DNA of 53,727 bases, from positions 1 to 53,727 of the forward strand of contig JAOPTX010000042.1 of the NCBI GenBank assembly GCA_051532055.1, read 5' to 3'. The DNA is from Fibrobacterales bacterium (lineage in GTDB: Bacteria; Fibrobacterota; Fibrobacteria; Fibrobacterales; JAOPTW01). The position numbers and the translations under genes are program-made. Of this stretch, positions 49,017-53,727 are shown piece after piece. Numbering within the stretch: the stretch's first letter is position 1; every line of letters starts with the position of its first letter. The notes under the pieces are model-generated. The model saw nothing but the letters and a program-made list of their open reading frames with translations, searched no databases and was not told where the DNA came from.

Positions 49017-52016
49017 ATGAAAAAATTAATTCTTGTTTTTACAATAACGATATCATTTATTTTGTTTGGTTGTTTAACAACCAATGTATCAGATTCAAGA
49101 GATTATGTGATTTCTATAGAAAATAGCAAGCTTCTGATGATTGATAGTATTGTGGTGAATCGAAATGTAGGTGGTAACGTTGATACATTGACGTATGCGC
49201 ATAGTGAAGATTATGATGGTCTTGCACCCCTTGTAAAAATTTCGTTCCCTATTGCATCCGATGTAAATGTTTCGGTAACCGTTGACTATCGATGTTATTC
49301 ATATGGGCTTCCGGTTATTGATAAAGGCCGGTCGTTTCAATATACAGAAGCAGAAGGTCAAGTACGCGGTGGGATAAATCCTCAAACAGTATCTCTTCTT
49401 GGGGAATTTCAGAGACGCATTACTACCGATGCAACTCTTGATAGTTCTGGTCGTGCAAGTGTTTTTGACTCACTTTTTGTTGACTATATCTTGTTTAAAA
49501 ATGATACCACTCAGGTTGACCCAACGGTGTTAACCCTTTTTGAAACTTATAGCTTAAAAGAGGGGGTCGATGTTGCATTTTTAGTGACCGTTCTCACGGA
49601 TACCCTTTCGGAAAGAGGGGTGAATTCTGCTGCGGTAACCCTTGAGTCAATTATCGGGGTTTCTGAGTTAGAGATTCTTGGGTATGTTTCGCTGTATAGT
49701 GATACGGTCACTGTCATTAATTCGGGTGAAAATGTGGCGGGGGGTGTTGAAACCCCGTCTAGTTCCATAGAGATTGTAGTGAGTTCTAGTGAAGAGGATA
49801 AGTCGAGTCAAGCTTCATCCTCTTTATCTTCTTCATCGTCACCCTCATCCTCATCTTCTTTATCTTCGTCATCCTCTTCTTTATCATCATCTTCATCGTC
49901 GTTATCCTCTTCTTTATCATCATCATCATCGTTATCTTCTTCGTCGTTATCATCTTCATCATCGTTATCTTCATCATCGATATCATCTTCATCATCGCCA
50001 TCCTCCTCTTCATCTGTATCATCATCATCGAGTGTGCAACAAATTCATACTATTATTTTTCAATCTTTTGGAAATGGTACCGTTTCTACTGCCCCTTTTG
50101 AAGCAATTGCCGGAGTGGCAGCACAAGTGCCTGGTGTTACTCTAAACCCTGCTGATGGGTATGCATTGAGTGAGTGGGTTCCTACATCGGGAGAGTGTAC
50201 CGTTAATAATAGAGAACCGCTTAATATTACCTGTAGCAAGTCAAGTATACTCTATGCAAAATTTGAGAAAATAGAGTACACCATTACGGTCACTAAAACT
50301 GGAGCTTGTGGGACCGTTGGAACAGGGCCCTATAATTATTCTGTTGGAGCAGGTGCGGTACTGCTCAGTATTACTGAGGGAGACTATTGTACGGTATCAA
50401 GCGTATCATCAACAGGTTTAGAAATAACTCAAAATGGAAGTACCTATTCTGTAACAGGAATTAAGGCCGGGAATTTTAACCCGAACGGTAACGCCTTTAA
50501 TGTTATGGTTGCTTTTGAAAAGGTTGCTGTACCCCAAGTTGATATTAGCTTTGCGTGCTATCTAAATGGAACCAGTATCAATTGTGGCGAAGTTCACACG
50601 GCAACACTCAATACTATTGTTTTAACAGAGGAGAGTGGTCCTTATACATTTACGCCATCACCAAAAACAGGGTATGATTTTGGTGAAATAAGTGTTGGCT
50701 CTAAAGTTATAACTAATGGAAATACCATTAGTTATAACTCCTCCGGAAGTGGTGTGGTTATTGTTAATTATACGAGAAAAGAATATGTAATTCCTGTGCA
50801 ATCAGGGGGGAATGGTACAGTAAGCCCTACAAGTGCACCTTTAAGCCATGGTGAGGCTACTGGCCTTACTGTTGTAGCAACTCCCAAATTTGGATACCAT
50901 TTAAAATGGGTTGGGTATGATGGCTGTGTGATCAATGATCAAATATCATTAACGGTGACCTGTAATGATGAAAATGGATATATTCAAGCGGAGTTTGAAA
51001 GGTACTCTGTTGCGAGTGTTTCTTCCGGAAGGTTTCACACAATGATATTAGAAGAAAATGGTATGTTATGGGCTACTGGGGGTAATAGTTATGGTCAACT
51101 TGGTAATGGCACGGCTGTAGATAGAAGTACTCCCGTTCGGATTATGGCCAGTGTTGCGAGTGTTTCTGCAGGGGCATTTCACACATTAATATTAAAAACA
51201 GATGGTACATTATGGGCTACTGGGCGTAATAGATATGGTCAACTTGGCGATGGTACTACTGTAGATAAAAGTACCCCCGTTCAGGTTTTGGCCGGTGTTG
51301 CAAGTGTTGCTTCAGGAGGGGATCATACAATGATAGTAAAAACAGATGGCACTTTATGGGCTACTGGGAATAATGGTCTTGGTACATTTGGTAATGGCGC
51401 AACGGTAATGAGAAGTTCTCCCATTCAGGTTAGGAGTGGTGTTGTGAGTGTGTCTGCAGGGCTATATCACACAATGATATTACAAACAGATGGCACTTTA
51501 TGGGCTACTGGGCGTAATAATACTGGTGAACATGGTGATGGCACCACTGAACAAAAAAGTACCCCCGTTCAGATTATGACCGGTGTTGCGGAGGCTTCTG
51601 CAGGATTTAGTCACACAATGATATTACAAACAGATGGCACTTTATGGGCTACTGGATATAATGCTGATGGTCAACTTGGTGATGGTACGACTGTAGAAAA
51701 AAATAGCCCCGTTCAAGTTATGAGTGGTGTTGCGAGTATCTCTACACACCTTAATCATACAATGATATTACAGACAGATGGCACTTTATGGGCTACTGGG
51801 TGGGGTTATTATGGTCAACTTGGTGATGGTACAGCTGGAGATAAAAGTACTCCCGTTCAGGTTATGACCGATGTTGCGAGTGTTTCTGCGGGGGCATTTC
51901 ACACAATGATTTTACAAACAGATGGCACGTTATGGGCAACTGGACGTAATGAAAATGGTCAACTTGGTGATGGTACAACACTAGAAAAGGTCATTCCAAT
52001 TGAAATACTCTTTTAA
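49017..52016 (+). CDS. Modular lipoprotein: conserved N-terminal domain, poly-Ser linker, InlB-B-repeat-like modules, C-terminal 7-blade RCC1 propeller
   Basis: Lipobox LFGC; FDSLF motif; long Ser run; 'GNGTVS...P..GY....W' modules; seven 'HTMILQTDGTLWATG.N..GQLGDGT' repeats. Confidence 0.88.
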   Translation: MKKLILVFTITISFILFGCLTTNVSDSRDYVISIENSKLLMIDSIVVNRNVGGNVDTLTYAHSEDYDGLAPLVKISFPIASDVNVSVTVDYRCYSYGLPVIDKGRSFQYTEAEGQVRGGINPQTVSLLGEFQRRITTDATLDSSGRASVFDSLFVDYILFKNDTTQVDPTVLTLFETYSLKEGVDVAFLVTVLTDTLSERGVNSAAVTLESIIGVSELEILGYVSLYSDTVTVINSGENVAGGVETPSSSIEIVVSSSEEDKSSQASSSLSSSSSPSSSSSLSSSSSSLSSSSSSLSSSLSSSSSLSSSSLSSSSSLSSSSISSSSSPSSSSSVSSSSSVQQIHTIIFQSFGNGTVSTAPFEAIAGVAAQVPGVTLNPADGYALSEWVPTSGECTVNNREPLNITCSKSSILYAKFEKIEYTITVTKTGACGTVGTGPYNYSVGAGAVLLSITEGDYCTVSSVSSTGLEITQNGSTYSVTGIKAGNFNPNGNAFNVMVAFEKVAVPQVDISFACYLNGTSINCGEVHTATLNTIVLTEESGPYTFTPSPKTGYDFGEISVGSKVITNGNTISYNSSGSGVVIVNYTRKEYVIPVQSGGNGTVSPTSAPLSHGEATGLTVVATPKFGYHLKWVGYDGCVINDQISLTVTCNDENGYIQAEFERYSVASVSSGRFHTMILEENGMLWATGGNSYGQLGNGTAVDRSTPVRIMASVASVSAGAFHTLILKTDGTLWATGRNRYGQLGDGTTVDKSTPVQVLAGVASVASGGDHTMIVKTDGTLWATGNNGLGTFGNGATVMRSSPIQVRSGVVSVSAGLYHTMILQTDGTLWATGRNNTGEHGDGTTEQKSTPVQIMTGVAEASAGFSHTMILQTDGTLWATGYNADGQLGDGTTVEKNSPVQVMSGVASISTHLNHTMILQTDGTLWATGWGYYGQLGDGTAGDKSTPVQVMTDVASVSAGAFHTMILQTDGTLWATGRNENGQLGDGTTLEKVIPIEILF
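49803..50033 (+). repeat. Low-complexity poly-Ser linker (TCN-rich)
   Basis: Run of TCA/TCT/TCG/TCC codons punctuated by TTA. Confidence 0.9.
51004..52011 (+). repeat. Seven tandem 144-bp (48-aa) RCC1 repeats
   Basis: TATGGGC at 51067, 51211, 51355, 51499, 51643, 51787 and 51931: exact 144-bp period. Confidence 0.92.
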
Positions 52017-52180
52017 TTTTATACTGTTAGTTTCTTTTAAACAGGTCGAGTCCATATTGGAAAACTATATACCCGATGGTAGTGATAGGGCTCTTTAAAC
52101 TTGATCACCAGATACATCAACTATATGTTGCATTGTGTAGATATTGATGAGTTGGTGATGATATAATCAAAAGGTGAATA

Positions 52181-52217
52181 AAAAAAGGTGAGGGGCAGAC
52201 CAGTCCTCACCTTTTTT
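52181..52217. terminator. Bidirectional terminator
   Basis: AAAAAAGGTGAGG ... CCTCACCTTTTTT perfect 13-bp inverted repeat between convergent genes. Confidence 0.85.
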
Positions 52218-52254
52218 ATGGTGCGTTTAATAGTATACACAGTTAAACGACCGA

Positions 52255-52863
52255 TTATGCTGCGTCCGATGCTTCCTCAGGGTTTGTTTCGATATCCGTA
52301 TCAAATTCTGAATGAGTATGCTTAGGAATTAAAGTATCGACTTCTTCTTCAGACATTGAACCTTCAAACGAATGTTCTGTTACGCTTGTTTTTGATTTTT
52401 GTGACTTTGCATTTAAGCGGCTTTGTTTGCTGTAAAATTGACTCTTTGTTTCTTTGTCCTCGATATAGACCATCTCTACCCAGGTACGAAGATATTTAAT
52501 TGACTCTTCCAATAGGGTAACTGTAGTATCTCTGATGATACGGGGTTCAGAATAAGTAGTACCATCAATTGTTGAACTCTTATGCTTTCTCCCAAGTACA
52601 GACCCAAGCTCAATAGCACGATCTAGTTCTTGCACGGCAACCTTTACCTCTGCTAACTCAGAAATAATCTGTTTACCAATTCTACCGAGGTCAAAAAGAT
52701 CTTGAATGGTATCACTGATTCTGCTCCCATCAGATATTTTACGAACTATCTCTTTTCGATTGGCGTCATTGGCACACACAATTTTAACGCGACTGAGTAA
52801 CCGAGTTCTCAACGTTTTAGCTTCGGCAAAGATGTGAGGCCAGCTCTCTTTGTGATTGGGCAA
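52255..52863 (-). CDS. Hypothetical helical protein, possibly 5'-truncated
   Basis: 202-aa ORF with protein-like composition ('DTIQDLFDLGRIG'); TTG start with an in-frame TAA two codons upstream and no clear RBS; followed by a terminator. Confidence 0.55.
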   Translation of the reverse strand: MPNHKESWPHIFAEAKTLRTRLLSRVKIVCANDANRKEIVRKISDGSRISDTIQDLFDLGRIGKQIISELAEVKVAVQELDRAIELGSVLGRKHKSSTIDGTTYSEPRIIRDTTVTLLEESIKYLRTWVEMVYIEDKETKSQFYSKQSRLNAKSQKSKTSVTEHSFEGSMSEEEVDTLIPKHTHSEFDTDIETNPEEASDAA

Positions 52864-52969
52864 GAATTAATGATACGTTTCGGGGATAGGGTCCCTGTGG
52901 AATGCATTTATTTACACAAAAACTATGATCCCCTTTATATAGAGCACATGGAATTGTAGTGTGAGTCTA

Positions 52970-53123
52970 AATGGTTAGTGATATCGGCTTCCGGAGTTGA
53001 GTTCTGGCCTCAATGGTTGGTGATATCGGCTTCCGGATTTGAGTTCTGGCCTCAATGGTAGGTGATATCGGCTTCCGGATTTGAGTACTGGCCTCAATGG
53101 TAGGTGATATCGGCTTCCGGATT
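52970..53123. repeat. 42-bp tandem repeat (about 3.7 copies)
   Basis: Unit GTGATATCGGCTTCCGGATTTGAGTTCTGGCCTCAATGGTAG starts at 52978, 53020, 53062 and 53104 (last copy partial), with 1-2 substitutions per copy and no spacers. Confidence 0.95.
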
Positions 53124-53315
53124 GGGTATATGGCAAAATTGTTACCGAGAAATTATAAGGGTGCCTTAACAATTGGAAGAATGGGGTAGTACCGTAGCCT
53201 AGATGTATCAATAATCCTTCAATCGTAGCCTAAAAGTCATTTATTTACTGTAAAAGGGTGAGATTCCCTGTAATACTCCCGATACACAACCTTTTCTATT
53301 CTTAGAATCTTCTAG

Positions 53316-53612
53316 CTATATCAGCTGTTAAAACAGGGGGGAGGGGCGACAGGTGGAAATAATGGATATCTTTGTATAGGTGATTCTGGTGGACCTTGGA
53401 TATCACAACGTTCTTCCATAGGGCGCTCTGATATTGTTTTAGGTGTATCATCAAGGGTTATGGGTGATGCGAATGGTAAATGCTCTAAAAACAATGGAAA
53501 AGAGTATGCCACTCCATTGAGTCGTCATATCGGTTTTATTGAAAATACCATTGGGATGACCTGTGAAAGTTATGGAATTAATGGACATGATTATAAAAGA
53601 TGCTGGAAATAA
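53316..53612 (+). pseudogene. C-terminal fragment of a trypsin-like (S1) serine protease
   Basis: Frame not in the ORF track: ...GYLCIGDSGGPW...IVLGVSSR...C...YAT.LS.HIGFIENTIG..C...YKRCWK*. GDSGGP starts at 53379; in-frame TAG at 53313; no upstream His/Asp region. Confidence 0.7.
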
Positions 53613-53680
53613 TACTGCACCTGTTTTGTATTAACTGTAATATTCATTCAATTAAAATACTTTAGGGTATTAATAATAAA

Positions 53681-53705
53681 GGGGGCTCTATTGAAATGAG
53701 CCCCC
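53681..53705 (-). terminator. GC-rich hairpin, probable terminator
   Basis: GGGGGCTC ... GAGCCCCC flanked by A/T-rich sequence. Confidence 0.55.
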
Positions 53706-53727
53706 AAATTTGCTCCAACAATATAGA

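Noticed and set aside
49786..50145. Met/Lys-rich and His/Arg-rich ORFs in the ORF track
   Set aside because: Alternative-frame shadows of the poly-Ser linker in 49017..52016.
52970..53123. 42-bp repeat as a CRISPR array
   Set aside because: Units are contiguous with no unique spacers, and there are no cas genes in the window.
52975..53512. Minus-strand ORFs 52975..53211 and 53321..53512
   Set aside because: The first is open only because of the 42-bp repeat; the second is the antisense shadow of the protease relic.
48763..53711. 16-bp inverted match AAATTTGGGGGCTCAT (48763-48778) / ATGAGCCCCCAAATTT (53696-53711) as transposon ends
   Set aside because: No transposase or target duplication is visible, and GGGGGCTC also forms the hairpin at 24317-24350, so it is more likely a recurrent terminator or REP-like motif.

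Overview
AT-rich bacterial chromosome segment, most likely Fibrobacterota. The evidence is a TIGR02147/DUF4423 gene, a FISUMP (TIGR02145-type) C-terminal domain, many Ser-rich-linker lipoproteins and TAnnTTTG promoter elements. A few housekeeping or regulatory genes (ilvA, monomeric icd, a DinG/XPD Fe-S helicase, a PLD, a YafY/WYL regulator with a GyrI-like neighbour, and TonB receptor-YfiR-histidine kinase) sit among many large secreted or lipid-anchored modular proteins (two CotH kinases, a GLUG-repeat protein, and CBM4/CBM32/Big-2, GH16-like, RCC1 and beta-propeller domains). The most notable observations are these. (1) A ~120-bp promoter with phased GTGCAC palindromes precedes the TIGR02147 gene and recurs, collinear and inverted, with a decayed remnant of the first TIGR02147 codons, in front of a second lipoprotein; this is a candidate operator and cassette for an uncharacterised regulator family. 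(2) At least three, possibly five, lipoproteins share an unnamed N-terminal domain but carry different C-terminal payloads. (3) One bacterial lipoprotein resembles the apextrin C-terminal (ApeC) domain. (4) A GH16 fold has a degenerate catalytic motif. (5) A (CATA)6 microsatellite lies in the leader of a 2524-aa CotH protein. (6) A 42-bp VNTR sits next to an unannotated trypsin-like protease relic. No rRNA, tRNA, CRISPR array, integrase or transposase was seen. All family calls are by eye from motifs, not database searches.
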